A stretch of DNA of 64,000 nucleotides from Mustelus asterias (Eukaryota), in the NCBI RefSeq assembly GCF_964213995.1, contig NW_027590138.1, positions 434,001-498,000 of the forward strand, written 5' to 3'. Below the pieces are notes generated by a model. That model had not been told where the DNA came from and searched no databases. It worked only from the letters and a program-made list of their open reading frames with translations. The translations under genes were made by a program, and so were the position numbers. Below, in pieces: positions 38,520 through 50,228 of this stretch; the stretch's first letter is position 1; each line of letters begins with the position of its first letter.

Positions 38520-38848
38520 TGGGGAAGATATTTCCGTGTAAATCAGAGAGACGAGGATCCAAGGGCACAGCCTCAGAGTAAAGGGATGATCCTTTAAAGT
38601 AGAGATGAGGAGGAATTTCTTCAGCCAGTGGGTGGTGAATCGATGGAATTCATTGCCACAGAAGGATGTGGAGATCAGGTCATTGAGTAGATATGTTTTT
38701 GATTTGTAAGGGGATCAAAGTTTCCGGGAAAAGGCGAGAGAATGGGGATGAGAAACTGAGCAGCCACAATTGAATGGCGGAGCAGACTTGATGGGTCGAA
38801 TGGTCTAATGCTATTCCTATATCTTATCGTCTTAAGGGCTTATGGTTA
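38520..38848 (+). mobile_element. CR1 3' tail fragment
   Basis: GAGATGAGGAGGAATTTCTTCAGCCAG...; CTTAT-type tail. Confidence 0.75.
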
Positions 38849-38859
38849 TAAATCAGAAT

Positions 38860-39062
38860 AGTGCCAGGGATCAACAGACTAATTTGGTTTATTTTGCTTA
38901 CAAACAAGAAGGTACAAAGGCGACTCAGCTGATATGTTTAGAATTTTCCCCTTTTCAGAGAGTAAAATTTAATATTATAGATACATTGTAAAGTCACTGC
39001 TTCTCCTGTTGTCTTTACTGCTGAGGACAGCGGCCGAGTGACAGAATCTCAGTGACCCATAT
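38860..39062 (-). pseudogene. Relic TCR V exon (paralog of 32601-32907)
   Basis: After TTTTCCCAG acceptor: DMGH*DSVTRPLSSAVKTTGEAVTLQCIY, closely matching DLTHGDSVTQPLSSDVKTEGDVVTLNCNY. The rest is decayed and no RSS is seen. Confidence 0.7.
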
Positions 39063-39323
39063 CTGGGAAAAGGTTGTCTTTGGAGGAGGTGGACTCATAA
39101 GAAAATATTCACGTTCATTCAGTTTGGCACTCGACATTCTTTGTGTAGTGTAGCGGGTAACATCTGTATTTTATACACGACAGCGCCCAGTTCCAAACAG
39201 TCGAGTTAGCAAAATACTAACATGCTTCGTTTGTTCAACAATTTCGGGCTTTTACCAAGGATTTCTGAGCTGCTTTGGATACAAGCAAACCAGTTATATT
39301 CCGGTGAAAGCGCCGGTTGCGTA

Positions 39324-39386
39324 GGCTCATTGGTCTAGGGGCATGATTCTCGCTTTGGGCATTTGAGGTGAAACTGTGTGAGAGGT
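39324..39386 (+). pseudogene. tRNA-Pro(TGG) 5' fragment with 17-nt insertion after position 37, truncated by LINE sequence
   Basis: GGCTCATTGGTCTAGGGGCATGATTCTCGCTTTGGG [CATTTGAGGTGAAACTG] TGTGAGAGGT versus vertebrate tRNA-Pro GGCTCGTTGGTCTAGGGGTATGATTCTCGCTTTGGGTGCGAGAGGT. Confidence 0.75.
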
Positions 39387-39504
39387 TGACTGGGACAGCC
39401 ATCGTATTAGAGGGTTGGATGGAGCGAAATTTGTTGAGTGTATTCAGGAGGAATTTCTCATTCCCGACGAGAGGGGGCAAAACTTTACTTCCTCTTGGGA
39501 AATA

Positions 39505-40440
39505 ATGTGTTGTTTCTGCATGATGTGGGAGCTGGTGGACCCCACTGTTGTTCCCAGTGAGCATGTCTGCAGTAAGTGTTGGTTGCTTGAGGTACTCCGG
39601 CTCAGGGTTGATGAGCTGGAGTCTGAGCTTCAGACACTGCGACATATCAGGGAGGGGGAGAGTTACCTGGACGCTGTGTTTCAGGAAGCAGTCACACCCC
39701 TTAGACTAACTAATTCAGCCGAGGGTCAGGGACAAGAGGGTGTGGCTGCGAGCGAGGCAGGAAGTGGGATCCAGAAGGTAGAGTTGCAAGAGCCTCAGTC
39801 CCTGAATCTGTGCAACACGTTTGAGATTCTTGCTCCCAGTGTGGACGGGAATGGGGACTGCAAGGAGGACGAGCAAACTGCCCATGGCACCGTGGTACAG
39901 GGAGCCGTTCAGGTGGAAGAAGAAAAAAGAAATGTAGTGGTAATTGGGGATAGTGTAGTTAGGGGTATTGACACTGTTCTTTGTGACCAAGATCGAGAAT
40001 ACCAAAGGTTGTGTTGCCTGCCTGGTGCTTGGGTCCAGGATATCTCATCTGGGCTGCAGAGGAACTTGGAGTGGGAGGGTAAGAATCCAGTTGTAGTGGT
40101 CCACGTAGATGTCAACGACATAGGCAGAACAGGAACAGTGGTTCTGCAGAGGGAGTATGAAAAGCTAGGAGCCAAATTAAAAAGCAGAACCAACAAGGTG
40201 GTAATCTCTGGATTACTACCTGAGTCACAAGCGAATTGGCGTAGGGTCAATAAGATTAAGGAGGTAAATGGGTGGCTCAAAGATTGTTGTGGGAGGAATG
40301 GGTTTGAATTCATGGGATATTGGCACCAGTATTGGGGAAGATGGGACCTGTTCAGATGGGATGGTCTTCGTCTGAATCGTGCTGGGACCAGAGTCCTGGC
40401 GAATCGTATAACCAGGGCTGTAAATAGGGCTTTAAACTGA
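39505..40440 (+). CDS. CR1 ORF1p (zinc finger/leucine zipper + SGNH/GDSL esterase domain)
   Basis: CxxC...CxxC plus heptad LRLRVDELESELQTL; VVIGDSVVRG, CCLPGA, VVVHVDVND, DGLRLNRAG blocks (the catalytic His appears replaced by Arg). Confidence 0.85.
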   Translation: MCCFCMMWELVDPTVVPSEHVCSKCWLLEVLRLRVDELESELQTLRHIREGESYLDAVFQEAVTPLRLTNSAEGQGQEGVAASEAGSGIQKVELQEPQSLNLCNTFEILAPSVDGNGDCKEDEQTAHGTVVQGAVQVEEEKRNVVVIGDSVVRGIDTVLCDQDREYQRLCCLPGAWVQDISSGLQRNLEWEGKNPVVVVHVDVNDIGRTGTVVLQREYEKLGAKLKSRTNKVVISGLLPESQANWRRVNKIKEVNGWLKDCCGRNGFEFMGYWHQYWGRWDLFRWDGLRLNRAGTRVLANRITRAVNRALN

Positions 40441-40529
40441 ATAGTGAGGTGGGGGGGGGGGGGGGGTGAGGGAGGGAGGGTTCAGGGGCATGGGGAATTA
40501 CAAAATCAAAGGTAAAGGAGAGGGTATGA

Positions 40530-41570
40530 GTGCAGGTTAATGATGAGGACATTCACCGAGTTAAAGGAGTCAAGGGCTCAGGCAGAGTAAAAAAGGTGAC
40601 AAACACAAGAAGAGAGGTGGTTAACACAGTGCAAGGAGATGGTCTGGGGAAGGATAACCAGTTTGAGACAGGTAGGGACAGAGCGTGCAATCAGAAGAAT
40701 GCACTAACAAATCAGGTCCATATAAAGGCTAGCATAAAGACACTTTACCTGAATGCACGTAGCATTCGAAACAAAGTGAATGAGTTGATGGCACAAATCA
40801 GTACAAATGGGTATGATCTAGTGGCCATTACAGAAGCGTGGTTGCAGGGTGACCAGGACTGGAAACTGAATATCCAGAGGTATCAGACATTTCGGAAGGA
40901 TAGACAGGAAGGAAAAGGAGGTGGGGTAGCTCTGTTAATTAAAGATAACATCAGGGCGGTAGTGAGAGACGATATAGGCTCTAAGGAGCAGAATGTGGAA
41001 TCGTTGTGGATGGAGATAAGGAATAGTAAGGGGAGAAAGTCACCGGTGGGCGTGGTCTATAGGCCCCCAAATAATAACTTTGAGGTGGGTCGGGCTATAA
41101 ACAAGCAAATAATGGGTGCGTGCAAAAACGGAACAGCAATAATCATGGGGGATTTTAACCTGCATATTGATTGGTTGACTCAAGTCGGACACGGTGGACT
41201 TGAGGAAGAGTTCTTAGAATGCTGTCGGGATAGTTTCCTCGAACAGTATGTTACAGAACCTACGAGGGAGCAAGCTATCTTGGATCTGGTCCTGTGTAAT
41301 GAGACAGGTAAAATTAATGATCTTCTTGTGAGGGATCTTCTTGGAATGAGTGATCACAATATGGTTGAATTTCTAATACAAATGGAGGGAGAGAAAATAG
41401 GGTCCCAAACCAGTGATCTCTGCTTGAACACAGGGGAGTACAATAGGATGAGGGCAGAATTGGCTAATGTAGACTGGGAGTGCAGACTAGTTGGTAGGAC
41501 AGCTGAGCAACAGTGGTGGATTTTTAAGGAGATTTTTCTCAGTACTCAGCAAAAATATATTCCTGTGATA
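40530..41570 (+). CDS. CR1 ORF2 apurinic-type endonuclease domain
   Basis: YLNARS, ITEAWL, GGGVALL, VYRPP, MGDFN, LDLV, SDHN motifs. Confidence 0.88.
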
Positions 41571-43718
41571 AAGGGGAAATATGAATACATAAGGCAGCTA
41601 ATTAGAGGAGTAAATTGGAAGGAGGGATTCTCGGGGAAATCTACTGAAGAGAGGTGGCAGTTTTTCAAGGAATGTCTGTCTAGGGTTCTACAGGACAATG
41701 TTCCGAGCAGGCAGGGAGGAGTTGGTAGGTTAAAGGAACCGTGGTGCACGAAAGCTGTGTGGGACCTAGTCGAGAAGAAAGGAAGTGTATAAAAGGCTTA
41801 GAGAGCTTGGCGAAGATAGGGATTTAGAAGAGTATAGGGCTTGTAGGAAGGGACTAAAGAAGGAAATTTGGAGACCCAGAAGGGGTCACGAGAAAGCCTT
41901 GGCAAGTAGAATTAAGGAAAACCCTAAGGCGCTTTATAAATATGTGAAGAGTAAAAGGATGAGACATGAAGGAATAGGGCCTATAAAAGGTGAAGGCGGG
42001 AAAGTCTGTACGAAACCAGTAGAAATGGCAGAGGTGCTTAATGAGTATTTTGCCTCGGTTTTCACAGAGGAGAAGGACATGGGTGGATGTACTGTGGACT
42101 TGCGGTGGACTGAAAAGATTGAGTATGTGGACTTTAACAAAGAGGTTGGAATCTTTGAATGGCATCAAGATAGATAAGTCGCCGGGTCTGGATGGGATGT
42201 ACCCCAGGTTACTGTGGGAGGCAAGGGAAGAGATTGCAGAGCCTCTGGCGATGATCTTTGCGTCGTCGATGGAGACGGGAGAGGTTCCGGAGGATTGCGG
42301 ATGTGGTTCCTATTTTCAAGAAGGGGAATAGGGATAGCCCAGGAAATTACTGACCGGTGAGTCTAACCTCAGTGGTTGGTAAGCTGATGGAGAAGATCCT
42401 GAGGGACAAGATTTATGAGCATTTAGAGAGGTTTAGTATGCTCAAGAATACTCAGCATGGCTTTGTCACAGGCAGATCGTGCCTTACAAGCCTGGTGGAA
42501 TTCTTTGAAAATGTGACTAAACACATTGATGAAGGGAAAGTGGTAGGTGTGGTTTACATGGATTTTAGCAAGGCGTTCGATAAGGTCCCCCATGCAAGGC
42601 TTCTCGAAAAAGTGAGAGGGCATGGGATCCAAGGGGCTGCTGCCCTGTGGATCCAGAACTGGCTTACCCAAAGGAGGCAGAGAGTGTGTATTGATGGGTC
42701 TTTTTCTAAATGGAGATCGGTCACCAGTGGTGTGCCCCAGGGATCTGTTCTGGGACCCTTGCTGTTTGTCATTTTCATAAATGACCTGGATGAGGAAATG
42801 GAGGGATGGGTTGGTAAGTTTGCCGACGACACGAAGGTTGGTGGGGTTGTGGATAGTCTGGAGGGATGTCAGAAGTTACAGAGGGACATAGATAGGATGC
42901 AAGTCTGGGCGAAGAAGTGGCAGATGGACTTCAACCCAGATAAATGCGTAGTGGTCCATTTTGGCAGGTCAAATGGGATGAAGGAGTACAATATAAAGGG
43001 AAAGACTCTTAGTACTGTCGAGGATCAGAAGGACCTTGGGGTCCGGGTCCATAGGGCTCTAAAATCGGCCCCATAGGTGGAGGAGGTGGTTAAGAAGGCG
43101 TATGGTGTGCTGGCCTTTATCAATCGAGGGATTGAGTTTAGGAGTCCGGGGATAATGATGCAGATATAGAAGACCCTCGTCAGACCCCACTTGGAGTACT
43201 GTGCTCAGTTCTGGTCGCCTCATTACAGGAAGGATGTGGAAAAGATTGAAAGGGTGCAGAGGCGATTTACAGGGATGTTGCCTGGATTGAGTGGCATGCC
43301 TTATGAGGATAGGCTGAGGGAGCTCGGTCTTTTCTCATTGGAGAGACGTAGGATGAGGGGAGACCTAATAGAGGTATATAAGATGTTGAGAGGCATAGAT
43401 CGGGGGAAACCCAGAGGCTTTTTCCCAGGGTGGAAATGGCTGCTACGACAGGACACAGGTTTAAGGTGCTGGGGTGTAGGTGCAGGGGAGATGTTAGGGG
43501 GGAGTTTATCACATGGAGGGTGGTGGGCGAATGGAATTGGCTGCCGTCAGTGGTGGTGGAGACAAAGTCAGTAGGGTCTTTTAAGAGACTCCTGGATGAG
43601 TACATGGAGCTTAATAGGATGGAGGGTTATAGGTAGGTCTAAAAGGTAGGGATATGTTCGGCACAACTTGTGGGGCCGAAAGGCCTGTTTTGTGCTGTAG
43701 TTTTCTATGTTTCTATGT
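41570..43718 (+). mobile_element. Nested CR1 (linker + RT + 3' UTR), several frameshifts/stops
   Basis: [27 protein letters not shown] motifs; tail TTTCTATGTTTCTATGT at about 43702-43718. Confidence 0.9.
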
Positions 43719-44761
43719 TAGAGAAGGAATCTAAGAAAAGGGATAACCAGCTGTGGATAACTAAGGAAATAAAGGAGAGTATTAAATTAAAAACCGATGC
43801 GTACAGAGTGGGCAAAACTAGTGGGGGATTAGAAGGTTGGGAAAGCTTTAAAAAACAACAAAGAATTACTAAGAAAGTGATAAAGAAAGGAAAGATAGAT
43901 TATGAAACTAAACTAGCACAAAATATAAAAACTGATAGCAAACGTTTTTACAAATGTATAAAAAGGAAAAGAGTAGCTAAAGTAAATGTTGGACCCTTAA
44001 AAAGACGAGAAGGAGGATTTAATAATGGGAAACAAGGAAATGGCCAAGGCCTTAAACAAGTTCTTTGTGTCGGTCTTCACGGTAGAGGACACAAATAGCT
44101 TACTGAAAATTGACGGTCGTGGGACTATAGGGGGTGAGGTCCTTAAAACGATTACTATTACTAAAGAGGTAGTGCTTGGTTGGCTAATGGGACTAAAGGT
44201 AGACAAGTCCCCGGGCCCGGATGGAATGCATCCCAGGGTCCTGATAGAAATGGCAGAAGTAAAACAGATGCATTGGTTGTAATTTATCAAAATTCGCTGG
44301 ACTCTGGGGAAGTGCCGGCTGATTGGAAAACAGCTAATGTGATGCCACTGTTTAAAAAAGGAGGTAGACAAAAAGCGGGTAACTACAGCCCGGTTAGCTT
44401 AACGTCCGTAGTTGGGAAATTGCTGGAATCCATCATTAAACATTTCTAAAACAAAAAGGTAAAAGTGATGGTCAATTGAGCCAGGATTTTATTCTGGGAC
44501 CTTCCTGTCCAGAAGTCCAGAAGTAACATCAGCTGAGATTGTAACTTAGCAGCAGAAACCCATCTTCTGTTCTATTCCCCCAATTCCCACAAAATAGTTT
44601 TTAGATTTGGGTGAGTTTGTATAAAATTGACAACGGTGGAGATTCAAGACACTTAACAAGTGAATAAAGGCAAAAGATTCCACAGATTCTGCACAAACAA
44701 AATAAACTTTACTATACACAATGATAAAGGGAAAACAAGTTACAATATGTGGAAGGTAAAA

Positions 44762-45145
44762 CATTCAAGGACTTTAGAGAGGAAAGGGAGATGGGATGGT
44801 AGTTTACAAGGGCATGTGTCAAAGATATTTTATTGAGAAGTGGGTGATGATATCGGATTTGAAGGAGAGGAAGATATTGACAATATCAGCTGATATGGAG
44901 AAGTTGTGCTGTCAGTAGGACAGTGGGAATAGGATTGAGGGATCAAGAGATGGGTCTCATGGGCAAGATGAGCTCTAAGAGGACATGAGGGGAGGCAGGA
45001 GAGAAACTGCAGAAAGATGAGAGTTCAGAGCTCAGACAAAGGGGAGCGTTAGAGGAGGTTTGTTCCAGTGGGTTAGGGGAAGGAGGGAAGCAGGAGAGGC
45101 AGCTGATTGGATTGTCTCAAACTTAGTGACAAAGAAGATTGTGAG
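44762..45145 (-). mobile_element. Old L2-like LINE ORF2 fragment
   Basis: rc AACTACCATCCCATCTCCCTTTCCTCTCTAAAGTCCTTGAA approximates NYRPIS.LPFLSKVLE. Confidence 0.6.
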
Positions 45146-45401
45146 TTTTATTCCCAATGAGCACTTGTGGGGAGGTGAAGATGGGAGAGGGACAATGGGA
45201 GAGCAACTCAGAAGGAATTCAGTTGTACTGATGATATTAAAAAGATTCACAGCACTGAACACAAAGATAATTTATTTGACTTTTATTCAGAATATTAAAC
45301 CGTATAACTGGCTGGAGTTCATTAACATCAACAAAAACAAACACAATGAACATATTAGAGTCCTGGATAGGATTAACAGCAGATTCCAATCACTGTGGTT
45401 A

Positions 45402-46604
45402 CTAGTGAATTCTTTGGTGTCTAAGCAGGTAGGATGACCGAGTGAATCTCTTCCCACTTTCAGAGCAGGTGAATGGCCTTTCCCCAGTGTGAGCTCGCTT
45501 GTGTCTCAGCAGGGTGGAGGACTGAATGAATCCCTTCCCACATTCAGAGCAGGTGAATGGCCTTTCCCCAGTGTGGGTGCGCTGGTGTAGAATGAGATCA
45601 TATGATCGCCTGAACCCAGTCCCACAGTGAGAGCACCTGAACGGTCTCTCATCAGTGTGAACACGTTGATGGGACATCAGTTCACCAGAACTTTTATAGC
45701 ACTTCTCACAGTCAGAGCATTTAAAAGGTCTCTCCCCGGTGTGAACTCGCTGGTGTGTCAATAGGTGGGATGACCGAGTGAATCCCTTCCCACAGTAGGA
45801 GCAGGTGAATGGCCTCTCCCCAGTGTGAACTCGCTGGTGTTGCAGCAGGCGGGATGACCGAGTGAATCCCTTTCCACACTCGGAGCAGGTGAATGGCCTT
45901 TCCCCAGTGTGGATGCGCTGGTGTGGAATGAGGTCATATGATCGCTTGAACCCAGCCCCGCAGTGAGAGCACCTGAACGGTCTCTCATCAGTGTGAACAC
46001 GTTGATGGGACATCAGTTCATCAGAACTTTTATAGCACTTCCCACAGTCAGAGCATTTAAAAGGTCTCTCCCCAGTGTGAACTCGCTGGTGTGTCAATAG
46101 TTGGGACGACCGAGTGAATCCCTTTCCACACTCGGAGCAGGTGAATGGTCTCTCCCCAGTGTGAACTCGCTGGTGTACAGTGAGGTTATGTGAATGCTGG
46201 AACCCAATCCCACAGTGGGAGCACCTGAATGGTCTCTCATCAGTGTGAACACGTTGATGGGACATCAGTTCCCAAGAACTTTTGAAGCACTTCACACAGT
46301 CTGAGCATTGGAAAGGTCTCTCATCAGTGTGAACTCGCTGATGAGTAAGTAGGTGGGATGACTGAGTGAATCCCTTCCCACACTCAGAGCAGGTGAACGG
46401 CCTCTCCCCAGTGTGACTGCGCCGATGAGTTTCCAGCTGGGATGGGGAATTAAATTCCTTCCCACAGTCCACACATTTCCACAGTTTTTCCATGGAGTGA
46501 CTGCACTTACGTTTTGACAGGCCAGAGGATCGGCTGAAGCCTCGTCCACACACAGAACCCGTGTACGGATTCTCCCCACTGGGAATAGTGCTTTTTCCTT
46601 CCAT
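45402..46604 (-). CDS. C2H2 zinc-finger protein, 12 intact + 2 degenerate fingers
   Basis: Uninterrupted ~400-aa ORF from ATG 46604 (MEGKST...). Acceptor TTCACAG|GGACT at about 46712. Confidence 0.88.
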   Translation of the reverse strand: MEGKSTIPSGENPYTGSVCGRGFSRSSGLSKRKCSHSMEKLWKCVDCGKEFNSPSQLETHRRSHTGERPFTCSECGKGFTQSSHLLTHQRVHTDERPFQCSDCVKCFKSSWELMSHQRVHTDERPFRCSHCGIGFQHSHNLTVHQRVHTGERPFTCSECGKGFTRSSQLLTHQRVHTGERPFKCSDCGKCYKSSDELMSHQRVHTDERPFRCSHCGAGFKRSYDLIPHQRIHTGERPFTCSECGKGFTRSSRLLQHQRVHTGERPFTCSYCGKGFTRSSHLLTHQRVHTGERPFKCSDCEKCYKSSGELMSHQRVHTDERPFRCSHCGTGFRRSYDLILHQRTHTGERPFTCSECGKGFIQSSTLLRHKRAHTGERPFTCSESGKRFTRSSYLLRHQRIH

Positions 46605-46779
46605 GTTCAAAATCCACTGATATTCAGTTATGATAAATTAGACGACTCTGGCAGTTCCTGATATGATATTTACTTTCAGTTTCCTGACTGCAAATCGTCC
46701 CCTTCTAGTCCCTGTGAAGCTGATTCAAAACAGAAAAAAGGGGATTGAGAGAAAACCCATAGAGACAGGTGATGAATAG

Positions 46780-48600
46780 AGTCCAGACTGAAGCAACAAT
46801 AAAAATAAAACACGCAGGAGGCCAGGAACTGAGGATCATCGAGATATTCAGCAGACTAGGCAGCCTGTGAGAGTTACAAACATTATTGAGGGCTCAGGTT
46901 GCTGACTTGCCCTCAGTCTATAATGAAACATCTAGAGTCAGGCACTGACTAATGGCGGTCACATTTCCCACAATGCTCTGCACCCCAGAAACCCCTCTAT
47001 TCAAAGGTTGCTCACCGCAATTCACTAATCATCGAATTCTTAGTGCAGAAAGAGGCCATTTTACCCATCGAGTCTCTACTGACTCAGAGCATCTTTCCCA
47101 GGCTCACCCACTATCCCAGTAACCCCACGCACTGACTCTGCTAATCCCCATCCTGACCTTTTTCTTCACCCTGCCTGCAACCACAACAATATATTCTGTA
47201 CCCGACTCTTTTCCTTCTCCCCTCTGTACTTTACCAAGTTATGATTTTTTTTTCTGTATAACACGCAAGAAATAATTTTCACTGTATCCCAGAACACGCA
47301 ACAATAATAAATCAAATTAGACCCTACACATCTTGGGACATTAAGGGACAAATTTAACATGGTCAATTCACCTAACCTGCACATCTTTGGGCAGTGAGAG
47401 GAAACCAGAGCACCCAGAGGAAATGCACACAGACTGGGGGAGATTGTGCAAACTCCACACCTGAGGTGAAGATGTTGGACTGGGGTGGGCACAGTAAGAA
47501 GTCTCACAACACCAGGTTATTTGGAACCACGAGCTTTTGGAGAACTGATGAAGGAGCAGCTTTGACAAACGGTCATCTGGACTCAAAATGTCAGTTCTTT
47601 TCTCTCCTCACAGATGCTGCCAGACCTGCTGAGATTTTCCAGCATTTTCTCTTTTGGTTTCAGATTCCAGAATCCGCAGTAATTTGCATTGATTCCAAAT
47701 GACTTATTGGACTTTAACCTGATATTGTGAGACTTCTTACTGTGCAAACTCCACACAGACAGTCACACACCCACGGCTGGAGTCGAACCCTGGCGCTGTG
47801 AGGCAGCATTGTGAATCACTGTGCCACAGTGAAGGAAGTTTGCCGCAAATTTCGGGTGATAACAATGGGCTGGATGTTGCTCAGAATGTGGAGCACTGCA
47901 GCAAAGTACAGAGAGACAGAGCAGCAAACTGGACTGAGAAATGGAGTCTGCAGACTGGAACTGGCAGCATGAGGAGAGGTTATTTAGTCTAACACTCACA
48001 GCAATCTACAACCCACCCCCATTACCGAGACAGTGAGACAGAGATTACAAACACTCACCAACACAGCTCCACTGAAACGTCCCAAGAAAAAGGGGGAATC
48101 TGTGGCTGTTCCTGTCCTGATATAGCCCCAGGACTGTCACTCAAACCCCCAACCCGGCCCATTTCACAACTCAGCCTCTCAGCTTGCAGCTTCCTGCACC
48201 TCGAGCCAACCCTGTCCAGGTGTGGGAGGGATGTGGAACCACAGAGTGTGGGGAGGGGTGACCTCCTGCTGTGCCCAAATAGTTTCTCCTTCCCCTCTCC
48301 CATGGCGCTCTAAGCTCTCAATGTGGACGGGTTGCTGGACTTTGCAGAGCCTCACTGAGCAGCGCTTGTCCCTTATCCTGGGTCACTCCCTCCCCCTGGG
48401 TTCAGTGTGTTCAGTTCGCTGCTTCTTTCCCTGCTGAACCTTCAGTTAATCAAAAACAGGAAGTGCTGGAAAACCTCAGCAGGTCTGGCAGCATCTATGA
48501 TCATCCAGACTGGAAGCATTAACTCTATTCTCTCTCCACAGATGCTGAGATTTCCAGCATTTTCTGTTTCTGTTTCAGATTCCAGCACCCGCAGTATTTT
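46780..48600. repeat. Right arm of second inverted duplication (partner ~14015-15990)
   Basis: Collinear reverse-complement similarity including the nested SINE/Penelope pieces. Confidence 0.88.
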
Positions 48601-48751
48601 CAGCTCTCTGCGTCCAGGGCAGGAAGCAGTGAGCATGGATCTGTCAATCACACATGAGGACGGCCTCAACCGGGATCTTGGGTTCATGTCACACTGTCTG
48701 TAACCCCCCCCACGACTTGCCGAGGGTTGCAAAATCTCACTAACTGTCCTT

Positions 48752-48786
48752 CACCTGACGAAGGGGCAGCGCTCCGAAAGCTAGTG
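48752..48786 (+). ncRNA. Minimal type I hammerhead ribozyme
   Basis: CAC-CTGACGA-A-GGGGC-AGC-GCTCC-GAA-AGCT-A-GTG: stem I CAC/GTG, 5-bp stem II, palindromic stem III AGCU, cleavage triplet CUA. Confidence 0.75.
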
Positions 48787-49452
48787 GCGTTTGCTACCAA
48801 ATAAACCTGTTGGACTTTAACCTGGTGTTGTTAGACTCCTTACTGTGTTTACCCCAGTCCAACGCCGGCATCTCCACATGCAGACAATACACACCTCTTT
48901 AATCTGCACTTAATCCTCTCTCCACTCACATTGCCTGGGCCTTTAAGACTTGATTACCTATAAAGACTCACATTCCAACCATTATCTTGTAAATTGAGTT
49001 TGTGTCTCTGTGCCCTGTTTTTGAACACGACTCCCACTCACCTGATGAAGGGGCAGCGCTCCAAAAGCTTGTGGCTTGTGCTACCAAATAAACCTGTTGG
49101 ACTTTAACCTGGCGTTGTGAGACTTCTTACTGTGCTTACCCAAGTCCAACGTCGGCATCTCCACATGCAGACAATACACACCTCTTTAATCTGCACTTAA
49201 TCCTCTCTCCACTCACATTGCCTGGGCCTTTAAGACTTGATTACCTATAAAGACTCACATTCCAACCATTATCTTGTAAATTGAGTTTGTGTCTCTGTGC
49301 CCTGTTTTTGAACACGACTCCCACTCACCTGATGAAGGGGCAGCGCTCCAAAAGCTTGTGGCTTGTGCTACCAAATAAACCTGTTGGACTTTAACCTGGC
49401 GTTGTGAGACTTCTTACTGTGCTTACCCAAGTCCAACGTCGGCATCTCCACA
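48752..49452 (+). repeat. Tandem 287-bp Penelope-terminus (family A) repeats, each starting with a hammerhead motif
   Basis: CACCTGA(C/T)GA at 48752, 49039 and 49326 (spacing 287, 287). Confidence 0.9.
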
Positions 49453-49879
49453 CTCTGAGTGGAAACAGAGAGAAGTAGGAGAGGCCAGAGGTGAGGAGAG
49501 AGATTTTATACATCTACAACTCAACAGGAACTTTGACAGAATTTCCAAACCCTGTGAACACATCAGCTCCAAGTTCCTCTCCAACTCACACACCATCCTG
49601 ACTTGTCTGACATCCAGTACTGAAACAACAGAAATTTATTTCATTTAAATACTGGGAAGACTGAACCCATTGTGTTCAGTCCCCACTACAAACTCCACTC
49701 CCTCACCAACAACTTTATCTCTCCTCCAGGCAACTGTCTGAGGCTGAACCAGGCGATTCACAACCAGGGTGAAATAGTTCATCCCAAGATGAGCTTCCTG
49801 TCACATGTCCACATCATCATCAAGACCACCTTCATTCATAGAAGCATTAATAGTGATTAATTAATAATGATGAATAATA

Positions 49880-50175
49880 AAATACAGTGTAGAAGGAGGC
49901 CATTCAACCCATCGAGCCTGCATTGACAACAATCCCATCCAGGCCCTATCCACATATTTACCTGTTAATCCCCCTGATACCAAGTGGCAATTTATCGTGG
50001 CCAATCCGTCTAACCGGCACATCTTTGGACTGTGGAAGGAAACCGGAACACCCGGAGGAAACCCACACAGACACGGGGAGAATGTAGAAACTCTGCACAG
50101 ACAGCGACCCGAGGCTGGAATTGAACCCGGGTCCCTGGCGCTGTTAGGCAGCTGCACTAACCACTGTGCCACCGG
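49880..50175 (-). mobile_element. HE1-type SINE inserted in an old L2-like fragment (~49700-50255)
   Basis: SINE head, core and tail. The flanks read as an L2 RT C-terminus (IARLQPSLSSS...TLTHSIVTS). Confidence 0.82.
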
Positions 50176-50228
50176 GCCACATGTCAGTGCCATCGCCCGA
50201 CTCCAGCCCAGTCTCAGCTCATCTGGAA

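Larger units (their letters stand above)
39387..44440 (+). mobile_element. Near 5'-complete CR1 LINE (ORF1 + APE) with nested second CR1; 3'-truncated
   Basis: Short APE fragment 39387-39500, ORF1 39505-40440, ORF2 APE from ~40530, inner CR1 ~41570-43718. The outer ORF2 resumes at ~43719 and ends at ~44440 (NYSPVSLTSVVGKLLE). Confidence 0.92.
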
